Of a DNA stretch of 64,000 nucleotides, positions 12,250 to 25,400 are shown piece by piece. The stretch lies in contig NC_068995.1 in NCBI RefSeq assembly GCF_001194135.2, forward strand, positions 22,273,741-22,337,740. The letters run 5' to 3'. Numbering within the stretch: the stretch's first letter is position 1; each line of letters opens with the position of its first letter. The stretch comes from Octopus bimaculoides (lineage: Eukaryota). Below the pieces are notes generated by a model. The model ran no database searches and was not told where the DNA came from. It was given only the letters and a program-made list of their open reading frames with translations. A program made the translations under genes and the position numbers.

Positions 12250-13140
12250 TATACTGGTGCAAGAGATGTTTTGGGACATACTTTGTTTTTAATAAAACAA
12301 ATCTAAACTAGCAAATACAATTGCATTTTCAGGTAAATTTTGTGCACATCTTCCCGTAAAAGGTTATTCTATTATTGTATGAATACACCTTTGGCTTCGC
12401 TGACTGCTTCAATGCCAGACCGGAATCGTTGGAATGTCTGCACTAAAAGGGTTATTATTTCTCATATCACCTGGATGATGATGACATTCAGTGAAGCAGT
12501 GTTATGGTAAGGATGTCGAATACTACACCTGTCAACAAGGTTTCAATGTAAATCGCTCATGGGATTCAAATTTGGCGAGCTTGGAGGCCACAGTTGCGTG
12601 TTTCGTGTTCGTAAGTATTGACATATATTCTTGCGTCACGTGTGCTTTATGATAATGTACTGAGTCTTGTTGTCATATAGCCGCCTTCAACTGTGTACAT
12701 TCATATACCCAGAGTGTCTCCAGCACCTCATCCTATCCAGCATTATCAGTTCTAAGACGCTGTGGAAACGCATGTGATAACATAGCATTAATGTCGTTAC
12801 ACACCACTTCTAGAATCAACACAATTATTAGAAACTTAATGTGCATCACTTTGGGAACGCCAGAAATATCTCCACATGACCAACTGTCATTTTTCCTGTT
12901 AGATTTGTGGACTTGGTCGAAGTTTTTCTCATCAGAGAAGAAACAAAGAATGCCACGTTCGTGAAGGATTTTATGCTTAGAACGGATCAACTGTGTTTTG
13001 CAGTCATCAATTGGTATCTGTCCAGTGCAAACTACTTGTATGGAGGCTTCCTCGAGTACCACAGCCCACTCCGACACATTACGTTCTTTGGAAATGACCT
13101 ACGTTGATTTTCGGGGATCACCCTCGATATGGATTTAAGC
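12250..13140 (-). mobile_element. Decayed Tc1/mariner transposon, maT (DD37D)-like transposase
   Basis: FFSDEKNFDQ, NRKNDSW, VPKVMHIKF, QQDSVHYHK and LWPPSSPNLNP motifs, with stops and frameshifts. Boundaries approximate. Confidence 0.85.
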
Positions 13141-13490
13141 CTTTTCAATGAATTGCGGTATCTTAATAGTATTCCAATGCCTGTGAGAGAGCGAGAGAGG
13201 GAGAGAAAGAAAGAGAGAGAGAGAGAAGCGAGACAGACAGACAGAGAGAGACAGACATTTTGTTACACTTTGTCTCCCTCTCTCCCTCTTTTTCCTCTTT
13301 TCTCTCTTTGATACATTCGAAGTATTCCAGCTTCAGTTTTCCAATTACACCCGAACATAGTGTACAAAAGATCTTGCAACATTTAGAATGTTGGCAATTT
13401 CTAAATTGGTGTAGTCTGCAGGGGATAGCAACAATTATTGCCAGCATTTTCAGTTTTTGTGTTAGCATAATATCAGTTTTAGCATATCAT

Positions 13491-13530
13491 CTTTGAAATA
13501 AATAAATAAATAAATAAATAAATAAATACA
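13491..13530. repeat. (AAAT)n microsatellite
   Basis: Read directly; coordinates approximate. Confidence 0.9.
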
Positions 13531-13685
13531 TAAACATTTTAATTTGTTTGAAGTGAGTAATATTCTGATAATTAAGCGTCCTGAAAAACCTTCCGCAATC
13601 GGTATTTGCTATCCATACATTTATTTATACATACATATATATAAATGCTTATACATACAAACATATATATATATATATATATATA

Positions 13686-15230
13686 TCATATAAAAGTCAA
13701 AGGCTGTGTGTTCATGTGTTCGTGTGTTCATGTGTTCGTGTGTTACTTACAGACGAAAATTACTGGACCGATCCTGATGGAATTTCGAACACAAAATCCA
13801 AGCCTAGGGAGAAGGGTAATTCCGTATGTTTCATACAATTTTCAGGGGGAATAAAGGGAGGCGGAACCCATCGTGAAAATTCATATGCTTTAGATTTTGA
13901 TGAAATTTCAACCATAGGTAATTGACACAAATCAAGAAGTATTCTCATGAGGATTCTAAGACCCCGCTACCCATGGGGGCCTTAACTCCCAGTGTTTAGT
14001 CATTTTTTATGACCGAAGACAAAGTAAAAAGTACTGCATGGATCTTTATGAAATTTGGAAATTATATTCTATGCTTAACGGCGGATGTAATGCAGTATAT
14101 GGTTGAGAGTGAGGGAACATATCTGAGGCGATAACCCCACTGAAAATTCATATCATTTTTCTCCTAAAATTTCAACTTCAAGGAGGTTACTAAAACCCGT
14201 TAATGGGAGCTTAACCCCACAATTTAGTCATTTTCCCTAAGCCAAGACGAATACAATTATCCTCTTATAAGTTGTAGAGTCACCCGAGGATACAAGATGA
14301 GCGTTATTTGTAATTCAATGGTACAACAGTTTAAGAGATTTCTTTGAGATACACTAGATTATGATTTCTGCAATGTGGTGCATAAATTGTCAAGTAAAGA
14401 TGAGGCATCTTTGCCTCCACCGATTCAGTTGCAAAGTGTTATTTTGAGTAAAGTTATTTGGTTGCAGACTCCTTTGAGTCTTTTTATTATCACTGGGTCA
14501 AAGATAGCCCCAGATGGTAACATTGATTTCAAAGTCTTTCCAGATAGGTGATTGGTCCTTCAAAGAGGTTTATAGATTGCAAATTTATTCTGTTCAGTTA
14601 CCTATCGACATAGTGATCATTGGCAAACTCGAGAGGTGACAATTTCCTTTCCCCTTATCACTCACGTCACACAGTTGTTAATCCTTATTTGAGTTGGGTC
14701 ACACCCTTCCAATTCCTATAGATCCGTAATAAATCTTATGACTGTGCCGATCACCTGAATGGTGTGGAGTGGTAACGACTAGGGTAGGGTAGCTGACTCC
14801 TTATTATGATCATTCGTGTTTGGTTTCCTCAAGCTTTACTGTCTTTTACAAACCCAGTGAACATTCGTATACTTCCGATTTCAAAGAAATTTGAACAATA
14901 GATATAAGATAATAAAAAAGATTCCAAAAAATTCCATTTCTGTGGTTGACTTTAAGACACCCGTAATAGGAGCCTTAACTCCCACGTTTGAGACCTCCAT
15001 GTGCTCCATGTACTCCATTTTACGGGAGCAAATACTTTTGACTGAGTTTTATAAGATTTGGATATTCGAATCTGGGCATAAAGATGAGTAGTGTCATGAT
15101 TAGAATTTTTGTTAGGGTGTCTAAAGAGGGAAAGAACCCTCATTAGAGTTCTTACTTTCCAATTTTGATGAAATTCGAAACAGGTATTCCAGTTCATTAG
15201 AGCAAATATAAAACAAAAGTCTAATTCTTC
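13686..15230 (+). mobile_element. Non-autonomous Helitron-like repeat with diverged internal subrepeats, interrupted by an unrelated ~600-bp segment (about 14270-14880)
   Basis: Starts TCATATAAAAGTC, followed by a (GTGTTCAT/GTGTTCGT) run and ACTGGACCGATCCTGATGGAATTT. The motifs TTTTGATGAAATT and TAAGAC..CC...GCCTTAACTCCC recur at about 13900/13960, 14150/14210 and 14950/15165. No 3' hairpin or CTRR end identified. Confidence 0.5.
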
Positions 15231-15278
15231 AGTTCCATGTGACACGATCAACGCCATGTATCTCTGCTGGTATATATA

Positions 15279-15667
15279 CTCTTTACTCTTTACTCTTTTA
15301 CTTGTTTCAGTCATTTGACTGCGGCCATGCTGGAACACCGCCTTTAGTCGAACAAATCGACCCTAGGACTTATTCTTTGTAAGTCTAGTACTTATTCTAT
15401 CGGTTTCTTTTGTCGAACCGCTAAGTTACGGAGACGTAGACACACCAGCATCGGTTGTCAAGCGATGGAGGGGGGACAAACATAGACACACAAACACACA
15501 TAAATATATATATATATACATATATACGACGGGCTTCTTTCAGTTTCCGCCTACCAAATCAACTCACAAGGCATTGGTAGGTCCCAGGCTATAGTAGAAG
15601 ACACTTGCCCAAGGTGCCATGCAGTGGGACTGAACCCGCAACCATGTCGTTGGTAAGCAAGCTACTT
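15279..15667 (-). mobile_element. tRNA-derived SINE, family A, lacking the extreme 5' end
   Basis: B-box-like GGTTCAGTCC near the right end on the minus strand, an internal (TA/CA) tract and a (CTTTTA/CTTTA)n tail. Closely similar to the copy at 52971-53519. Confidence 0.9.
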
Positions 15668-16989
15668 TATTTCAATGAATTAGCGACAAGGGCTGTACAT
15701 AGAGTGGTAGCTGCGGGCTGGACAAAGACATAAATGTGATGAGGATGATAACAAAAGGTGAATAAAAATGAGAGTCACCGACGCCCGCCGATCGATAACC
15801 CCTCGAAAACTTTCTTCAATTCAAATCCAATGAAAATCAAAAATTCAATGGCATTTCAATAAAGTTCAATAAAACTTCTTTTAAAAGATCTAATCTTCCT
15901 CTCATCCGCAAGTTGTTCCTCAAGCAAGTTGTCTCGTCGCCATCAGGAGATCTTGCAGTGGCAAGCCCGGAAGAGCGTAAATAAAATCCTTTTTTTGATA
16001 GGTCTCTTCGACCNNNNNNNNNNNNNNNNNNNNNNNNNNNNNNNNNNNNNNNNNNNNNNNNNNNNNNNNNNNNNNNNNNNNNNNNNNNNNNNNNNNNNNN
16101 NNNNNNNNNNNNNNNNNNNNNNNNNNNNNNNNNNNNNNNNNNNNNNNNNNNNNNNNNNGGGGCAACGGGTTCGGTCGGTGGCACGTCCGCCGACCGTCAC
16201 CCGTTTCTCCTTTTCTCTTTTTTCCTTTTACCGGTTGCGGGGGTCGGGGCAACTTTCAGCACACCCGAGGTGTCCTCCTCCTTTCCCGCAACCTCTATTT
16301 CTCCTGGTGAGCAACGACAGTTGCTCCACCTTCCTCTTTCTATTCGTGGGGGCCACCGCCTCCACGACTTCCTCCGTCTCCCCCTCCAATGGTGGGGCGG
16401 AGGACACATTCTCGTTTTTCCTCTGCTCCGGGGCCTTACCTCGGCCCTTGGGACAGTGCTTTTTTAAATGGCCGGATTCAAGGCACTTGTGACATTTAGG
16501 AGGGCGCCCTTCCAAAATCACTGGATACCTTGCCTGAGCCGGCCTTAAAAAGTTTGGAAATACCAGACTCGCAATCGACTGGGACCACAGGGTCAACACC
16601 GCTTTTGACCCCTCCCAGTCAATTGCTGGCAAAATTTTTACGTTGAGGAGCTTGGTTCCGGTGCCGCCCAGACCTCGGCGGAAAGGATCCTCTATCCACT
16701 CGGGCTTTATTCCAGGCGGCAATCCGCAGACCCGAGCCCTCGTTATTTTTTGTCCACAATATGTGGGCAGAAACAAAATTTCTTTGCCCTCAATGGGCCC
16801 ACTCGCAAATTTGCGAGCTTCACTCGGGGAGTCAAAAAGCAACCACACGGTTGTATATTTGACTCCCCTTGAAATATATTATATTTGGCATTAACATTCG
16901 TAAGTTCCTTTTCAATAATAGTTTGAGAAAAGACAGTGACTCTATCCAACACCTTTGAGTAGGTTCGGAGCGTCACTGTTCTTTCCTCC
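15668..16989 (-). mobile_element. Young GC-rich non-LTR-type element: ORF1 (gag-like, CCHC zinc knuckle) plus 3' UTR ending in AATAAA; Tx1/L1-like
   Basis: ORF 16228-16848 contains RARVCGLPPGI (RRM-like) and CHKCLESGHLKKHC (CX2CX4HX4C). The reading extends upstream to the gap at 16990 through one frameshift near 16870 and appears to end about 15920. AATAAA at 15666-15671 on the minus strand. No RT motifs seen. Internal gap at 16014-16158. Confidence 0.75.
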
Positions 16990-17913
16990 NNNNNNNNNNN
17001 NNNNNNNNNNNNNNNNNNNNNNNNNNNNNNNNNNNNNNNNNNNNNNNNNNNNNNNNNNNNNNNNNNNNNNNNNNNNNNNNNNNNNNNNNNNNNNNNNNNN
17101 NNNNNNNNNNNNNNNNNNNNNNNNNNNNNNNNNNNNNNNNNNNNNNNNNNNNNNNNNNNNNNNNNNNNNNNNNNNNNNNNNNNNNNNNNNNNNNNNNNNN
17201 NNNNNNNNNNNNNNNNNNNNNNNNNNNNNNNNNNNNNNNNNNNNNNNNNNNNNNNNNNNNNNNNNNNNNNNNNNNNNNNNNNNNNNNNNNNNNNNNNNNN
17301 NNNNNNNNNNNNNNNNNNNNNNNNNNNNNNNNNNNNNNNNNNNNNNNNNNNNNNNNNNNNNNNNNNNNNNNNNNNNNNNNNNNNNNNNNNNNNNNNNNNN
17401 NNNNNNNNNNNNNNNNNNNNNNNNNNNNNNNNNNNNNNNNNNNNNNNNNNNNNNNNNNNNNNNNNNNNNNNNNNNNNNNNNNNNNNNNNNNNNNNNNNNN
17501 NNNNNNNNNNNNNNNNNNNNNNNNNNNNNNNNNNNNNNNNNNNNNNNNNNNNNNNNNNNNNNNNNNNNNNNNNNNNNNNNNNNNNNNNNNNNNNNNNNNN
17601 NNNNNNNNNNNNNNNNNNNNNNNNNNNNNNNNNNNNNNNNNNNNNNNNNNNNNNNNNNNNNNNNNNNNNNNNNNNNNNNNNNNNNNNNNNNNNNNNNNNN
17701 NNNNNNNNNNNNNNNNNNNNNNNNNNNNNNNNNNNNNNNNNNNNNNNNNNNNNNNNNNNNNNNNNNNNNNNNNNNNNNNNNNNNNNNNNNNNNNNNNNNN
17801 NNNNNNNNNNNNNNNNNNNNNNNNNNNNNNNNNNNNNNNNNNNNNNNNNNNNNNNNNNNNNNNNNNNNNNNNNNNNNNNNNNNNNNNNNNNNNNNNNNNN
17901 NNNNNNNNNNNNN

Positions 17914-17957
<44 letters not shown>

Positions 17958-17986
17958 ACACACACACACACACACATGCATATAAA

Positions 17987-18755
17987 CAGGGTGCAGTGGA
18001 TAAACTTTCGTCTAAATTACGCAAAAATGCTGACATCTCATTTTAAGAGATATATTTACCAATATTACATAAAAACATCTTGAAATACTAGAGAGTAATT
18101 TTTTTTGATAAAATTGCCATTGGCTTCAACCATCGTATTCAAACGATTTCGGAACCTCCTGCAGTTCTTCTGGACGATCTCCTTTGTTTAAGTTGGGGAA
18201 TGCTGCCATAATCCTTACCTGCAGATCACCTTTGTTGTTACAAGGAGTTTTGTTGGTCTCTTGCTCAGCTGCACCCCACACATAATAATCAAGGGGATTG
18301 CAGTCTGAAGAGTTAGGTGGTCAGATGTTAGGCGTGATGTAGTCGCAGAAATTGTCTGACAGACATGACTGGGTTCTCCTGGTTGTGTGGTACGGTGCAG
18401 AGACCTGTTGCCAGAGATAGGTTCTTCCAGCAGCCATCCTTTTTACCAAGGGCATCACTACCTCCTCTAGAGTCTGGGTATGTGTGGGAAGATGAAGAGA
18501 GGCATAACATTACCATCACTAGTATTCACTCCAAACACCATGATGTTGACTGGATGTCTGATTTTTATCACTCCCGGTACATGTCCTCAGATTGACACCT
18601 GAACACTCTGAAATGTTCGTATTGGAGCTTCCGGAGCAAATGCCAAGCAGAATAAATTGCGTCATGATGCTGCCTATCTCATAGACGGTGCTCAACTGAA
18701 CCTACTATACTATGTAGACCACAACAGCAAAAACAAACAATGCGTGTGCATATAT
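17987..18755 (-). mobile_element. Internally deleted maT (DD37D) Tc1/mariner element
   Basis: Terminus CAGGGTGCAGTGGATAAA at 17987. Translation QQ[V]SAPYHT...*PPNSSDCNPLDY has exactly 37 residues between the second catalytic position (mutated D to V) and the third D. The N-terminal HTH fragment is joined directly to the catalytic region. Confidence 0.85.
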
Positions 18756-18781
18756 TTTAATTCATATATATGGATATATGC

Positions 18782-18838
<57 letters not shown>

Positions 18839-19719
18839 TGAAGTAACATTATAGAATGCAAGAAAACTGCTGATGTTATAAGTCAGAGAAAAGTAGAGCG
18901 TTTGATTCTAACAGTAGTGTAAGTATTAGATCGAGAGAAAATTGATTAATTTTTCTTTCACATTTACTTCCAATTAACATACATTTGAATTTTCACTTTA
19001 GTTATTTATGGGTTACATGCTATACCGTACTCATTTGTTTATATAAAACTGCTTCATGTAATGAATAAAAGAACGTTTTGTATTCATACTGAGTGTTATG
19101 CTTGCTGGCATTAATACGGCTCTTATTCATTAGTTATTTAGTGTAAAAAGTTTGCACTCTTATTTTTAATGTTTTATTGAAAGCAAGAGACACGTAAATT
19201 ATCATCCCATCCTAACATTAAGAATCTATTTCTGTGTATGGTATGTGCCAAATATCACCTGCACAGTGCCAAATTTCAGATTACGGCAACTACAGAAATT
19301 TAATAGATAAGGAACCGGAACACAATATTCTACTTAGATATAAACATAATTTCTTTTTCCCGAAAATAGTAAATTAAGATAGGTTCTTTCCTTCGTTTTC
19401 TCTCTCTCCCACTTTTTCTCTTTCGCTTTCTCCCTCTCTCTCCCTCACACACACTCTCTCTCCCTTTCTCCCCCTCACTCTCCCTATCTCCCCCCTCACT
19501 CTCCCTATCTCCTCTCCCCCTCTCTCTCTCTTGCAGCAAATATTGTATCACGAATTATCTGCAGAACTATAACCCATAAAAGAAAGTATTCATAAAAATG
19601 ATTGGCATGTCATGTATCCCACCCGTGTGGGATCGATGCCTGACGGACGACTAATAAACATTCTCGTATCTTCCCTGTTCTATCTCTTTCATTAATGAAT
19701 TGCTAAGGAACGCTATTAA

Positions 19720-20070
19720 AGTGAACATGCTTTAGCGGTAAGCTACTAGGTGTATACTATACCGAAGATGCGAGATCTGGACTCTAGGCAGCGTTTTCTA
19801 GCACCTCAACATCCAATTGGTTAACGGTTTCAACGGTCTGGATGGCCGTGTGTGGATGTGCATTTTCATGCACCAACAAAACTTTCTCCGGCAATAGGCT
19901 TCAGCATTTGGAGAGAATTGCTGACTTCCGTTTGTTGGCCAGCAAATCATTGCATCTTGCACCGTTGATCGTATACCCCTTTTCCAGAGAAATTGGATTA
20001 TTACTCTTTGTTCTCATTTTGTGCAAATTGCTAGTGGAGTGGCCATACCTATACTGTAAAGCCAGAAAGA
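19720..20070 (-). mobile_element. Mariner (DD34D) transposase fragment
   Basis: KGYTING, KVLLVH[E]NAHPHTA and *SPDLASS[V], with 34 residues between the two degenerate catalytic positions. Confidence 0.8.
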
Positions 20071-23000
20071 AACATGGCTCGATCAGGCTCAAAGTTTGAT
20101 TACGTGACCACAATAGTACCAAATATAAGCATGTATGTGCAGAATGCGGTGTGACAATAATAAAGATATGTTATGGCGAATGTGCGGTTAACTTTTGACT
20201 TTCCCTCGTATATATATATATATATATATATATATATNNNNNNNNNNNNNNNNNNNNNNNNNNNNNNNNNNNNNNNNNNNNNNNNNNNNNNNNNNNNNNN
20301 NNNNNNNNNNNNNNNNNNNNNNNNNNNNNNNNNNNNNNNNNNNNNNNNNNNNNNNNNNNNNNNNNNNNNNNNNNNNNNNNNNNNNNNNNNNNNNNNNNNN
20401 NNNNNNNNNNNNNNNNNNNNNNNNNNNNNNNNNNTATACGCCTACCATATTTAAATTCGAGCTGTTAGTGTCATGTGTTATTTACTTATAGTTTCGCAAT
20501 AAACTGGCAAGCGTACATATCAAGACGTGTGTTTCCTCTCAATCATTCAAATTCGAATATACAATGAATTTAACGGCACAAATTCCAACGAGAAAAGAAG
20601 AAACAGTTGAGTGAGGGGAAAAAAAAAGGAAAGAAAAGAATAACCTCCTTTGTTCGTTTAAATCAGAATGTTGATTATGTTCAGTTCAAGATTAGTAAGT
20701 TTGGTGTAACCTGATGCATTGAAAGTTTGTGAGATTGCATGCTTGAACCGGAGAATTTGTGTCCTCCAGTTCCAAAAATATTTACATTTAATAATGGTTT
20801 TAGATTTGGCATTTATCAGGTCCGTGGAATTCTTAGATTTAAAAAAGAAATATGAGTTATTCCGGCTACACAATACCTGCATCAATTTGATCCATCTGTA
20901 TATGAGGTGAATAGATCCACGATGTTCTTCCTGATGGTGTGTGTGTGCAGTAAGGTTTCAGATGCCAACTATGGCTAACTTAGTAGCTATCTTGCTATTC
21001 ACCTGTTGCAGAGAAGTGTGGCGGTTCGCAATTCTTTTTTTTTTTTTTTAATTACTTTTGCATAAACCAAAGTAATTTTCTTTAGTGTTTCCTTAGTTTG
21101 GAAATCTGATATGACATAGGTTTCACAAACAAATAAACTGATCATACACATCTGGTCGTGTAAGCAAGCATCGAGGTGTCCACAGTTACTGCGTGAGGTG
21201 GGTGCTTGGTGGGAACTGTGACAAAATCATTCATATTTGGACAACAGATGTAAGCAGCTTTCAGTAGTAGACGTTTTCATGTATCTGTGGTTAGCTAGGA
21301 AAGTCTATCTATTAAAACCAATAATTTCCCACTTACGTTAGTCTTAACATTAAAAAGGAAGGGGCAGCGATATTAACTTCCTAGATCTAATTTTTCTGTT
21401 TCGCTTTTTTTTGTTTTTAATTATAGAGCTGTAAGGTATCTTATCTCCGAATCCACTGTTATTCAGGGTATTATTATAGTATTATTGCTAACTATTTCCT
21501 CTGAAGATCACATATCCAATTGCCGATATTAGTTATAAGGTTTTTGACGACGACTAGGTTTTACATGACTGCTCACATGGATGCGTGAGCGTCTAATTCG
21601 ACTTACTAGAGGGTTTATAAGAGCACATATTTAGGTCACAAGAAGCATTTAAGAAGTCAACTTCAGAGATATTAGTGAGTATGCACATGGCTTTGAGTTA
21701 TAACTTTCTGTCGCAGTGGACATTAGCACAACCTCTAAAATAAGGCCTTTTGTCGCATCCGCTTCACCAAGACTTCATCTTTCACCAGAAGTATACTAAG
21801 TTATAGCTTATTCTGTGGTGCAGGCATATTCCCTTCTACTGTCCCCTTTTTGCTCTTTCCTTATTCATCTATTGCTTCTTATCTTCCTCTCGTCCTTTAT
21901 CGGATTTTCTTAAAATTCCAGCGTGCTTTGTCATTTTTCAGGGAAAGACCAGCCACGTTGTATATTTCAGACTGAAAATGTGCTTGGAACCACAAGACTT
22001 GCTGTATAAGCTAACCAGTTTGTTGTGCTTTCACAGCATGAAACTAATAGAAGCACATGCTGAATTACTTTGATTATTAAGTGATATTTATATTTCACTG
22101 GATGGAGTACATTTTTGTTCATCACCACCAATAACGGAACAATATATGCATAAGCGCGTGCGTGCGTGTATGTGTGTATTTGTGTTTATACACAGGTACC
22201 TCTCCTCAGCGCACATGCAACACGTACAAAACGCGCGCACACACACACACCTACACAAATTTTGTGGAACAAGATGAATAGAAATCAATACATGAGTGTA
22301 TATTCTTATTTTTTACTACTTTTGATCGAGGAAAAGTAAGAAACTTTCAAAAGGGACACAAGAGTCACGATTTAAGTTTTGAAAAAGTTGCCTCAGGCCA
22401 GTGTTTTTAGCTTAGCCAAAGTAAGATTCTGCTGTCTCTCATATATTCCTTTCCTTTCAATTTCATCTTGAAGAAAAACAATATACGAAACGTTGGATTT
22501 TCAACTGTTCACAGCAAGTTCACTGTACTCAATTCATTGATGTTACTACACAATATCTCCTGCTGTCACAGACCAAAACCAGCCGTTTTGAAGTCTGTTC
22601 AACCATATATAAATGGATACTTGTTATTCTGGCATTGGTCGAGTGATGTAGACATCTCCGATGAGGTCCCAATATTGTTCGAAAATCAACTAAGGCTGTT
22701 CATAATTGTTTTCAGAATACAGAGGAATTGCTGAATTTGACTAGTTTGTATGTCAACTTGGCACCGTGTGTCTGTGTGTGTGTATGTAAGGTATGTGTAA
22801 GAAAATATTAGATATTATGAAAACCTCCTATTTCAAGAATAATAAAAAAAATTATCACCGAAGTTACCGAAGTTACAAAATTTTCAAGTAAGACATACCA
22901 CCTGATGTTAGTGCTATATCCTAGTTCATTTCTATCAGATATCAATTAATGTATAACATTAATATATGTAGATATATCAAATGATTATACATTCTCATTT

Positions 23001-23514
23001 GAAATACCAAAGCAATAAATTCTTGCTATAGTGGATTTAATTTTATTGGTTCAATGGATAAGTCAAGAACATTTGATCATTGTTTCAAATTCACTGTGTC
23101 TTTGTATAAACCCAGATAATCTGGATTTTAAGATATAAATAATCAGATTACACGCGCATGAACGTTTAGAAACTGCAGTTATTTATACACACACTGTATG
23201 TTTGTCTGTGTGAACGAAACATATAATGATCAGTAGTTAAATACCGTTATATATTTAGTGGCAATTGTAGTGACCAACAGTTAACCTCTTTCTTCCATAT
23301 AAATAGAAGCATTTACTCTGTAGCATCTCATTGGTCGTTATATTATAATATTATGATGTATATATTTTCAGATCATATATTTCTTAATAATAATCTAGAA
23401 TAACTCTTACTGATAACTATTCCTGCGTATTCTATCCCACTTAATATGAAATAGAACCACTGAGTAAAGAATTTTATTCTATTTTATATAAACCAAGAAG
23501 AATTTCATTCTATT

Positions 23515-23605
23515 TTATATAAATCATGAAGACATGATCTATATAAATCATGTAGATACGATTTATATAAGTCATGAAGATATGATTTATATAAACCATG
23601 AAGAG
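23515..23605. repeat. Diverged ~22-bp minisatellite (ATATAAATCATGAAGACATGAT-like), about 4 copies
   Basis: Read directly. Confidence 0.75.
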
Positions 23606-25276
23606 AAATTTTACCATGCAAGTAGTTTGACTAATCTTTATAAAACATATTTTTTAGTTAATTTTAGTTTGGAAATCATGTAACTGATTGGCTTCTTGGC
23701 GCCATAGGATTCTGTTAATCACTATATGTTTGAGTGTTCTTCAAGCAATCACTATCATTTGAGTGTTTCTTAATACAAATGTTAGGCGTTTTTATCATCA
23801 CTATATTCTACAGTGTGATCGACCACTTTAAGCACATTCAATTCCAGTTTTCCGATATTGCTGCTACTCATACTGTTGAATCATCCTACATATAGCATGG
23901 AGGAGTCAGCAGTTCAAAAGCAAGTGTCTAGTATTTAACGGAACCTTTTTTGACCTGTTGTACGTTATCAAGTATAAATGTGACTTAAGCTAAACATATA
24001 TCTATGTCATATTAGTGGAAGAGCTGTTTATAACTTATTTACACTACAAATTTCACTCCAATACAGTAAAATACGACGTAATGTTTTTCTTTTGACTTTA
24101 TATTTTATCAAATCGAGCTTTCTAAACTGAAATATCTCCCTTAGTTGTTTGATATTTTGGTAGCTGAAATGCTACGCATAGTTAATAGCCTATTTGTTGC
24201 TACAAGTGTATTACTCAACTTTGAGCATTCAATGATATTTCAGATGACTGTATTAATAACGCTAATGCATCATTTCAAATTTTCCGTTTTTAGAGTTTCC
24301 ATACTACATCTCTATCAATTTACATTTCTATGATAGCGTATACTTCGCCTTTCTTACACGCAATTCATCGCATCCAATTTTTTTCTACCTCATCTCATAT
24401 TCCTTTCTGAATAACATTCTTTGGAGACTGTAATATAATTTTGCTATTTCTATTTTCTTTGTTGTATTATTTTTCCTTATTCTCAAATGCAGTTCATGCT
24501 AATATGACGATCTTTGTAATTCCTCTGAAAATTAAATGATTTTTATATGTCTACATGTTTTAACACTCATCCAAATATTAGTCGCCATTTTGTATTCTGT
24601 CTTGAACTTCTGTTTTGTTTAAATGTTTTCTAATTTTATTTCTTTTACCAATACGAAGTAAAACATTAATCATTTCCAACATTGAGATCCGTAAACACCA
24701 TTTACTCAACTGATTGATTTCTGTAAGTACGTGACTATTCTCAATTGGCTATGACTGGCCATCGCTTTCTTTCAATCACATTTGATACTCTGCAGTAGAT
24801 TATGTCAACATAGATATCTGTAGTACGTAGCATCTTTAAGAATTAGAGTGCTATTCCAAGAAATAGGAAACCAGTCTAGCTAGCATTTTTCTATGAATTT
24901 CATCTACTGTTGTGTAATTAAAGAAATTGTCCAAATTCAAAACTATCATCACGTCGTGTAGTTGGTGTACAGCTTAGATGGTCTACTTGTTTATTGCATA
25001 GAAAGCAAATGTGTTTCTGCTGACGAGATTCAGAAGAATCTAATAAGATAGAATGAACTTTTATTTAAAGAACTGGGTTGCATTTGAGAGAAGCAACTGT
25101 TTTGGCTTTGATTATCATCTCTATACCTGGCAATAATAGTCTAGTTTCTTCATCATATTATTTTCCATACAATTCCTCTAGTTTTATAAAGACACCATTC
25201 GTTAATGGTTGCATGTATGTATGTAAAGATAAGCGCACATGTAATGTATTCGTAAACACATACACACACGTGCGCG

Positions 25277-25400
<124 letters not shown>

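Noticed and set aside
16743-18046. Long 300-400 aa ORFs spanning N runs (also at 33.8-34.6, 50.0-50.8, 51.2-52.3, 54.1-55.3 and 56.8-57.6 kb)
   Set aside because: Almost entirely X from assembly gaps plus microsatellite translation; not evidence of genes.
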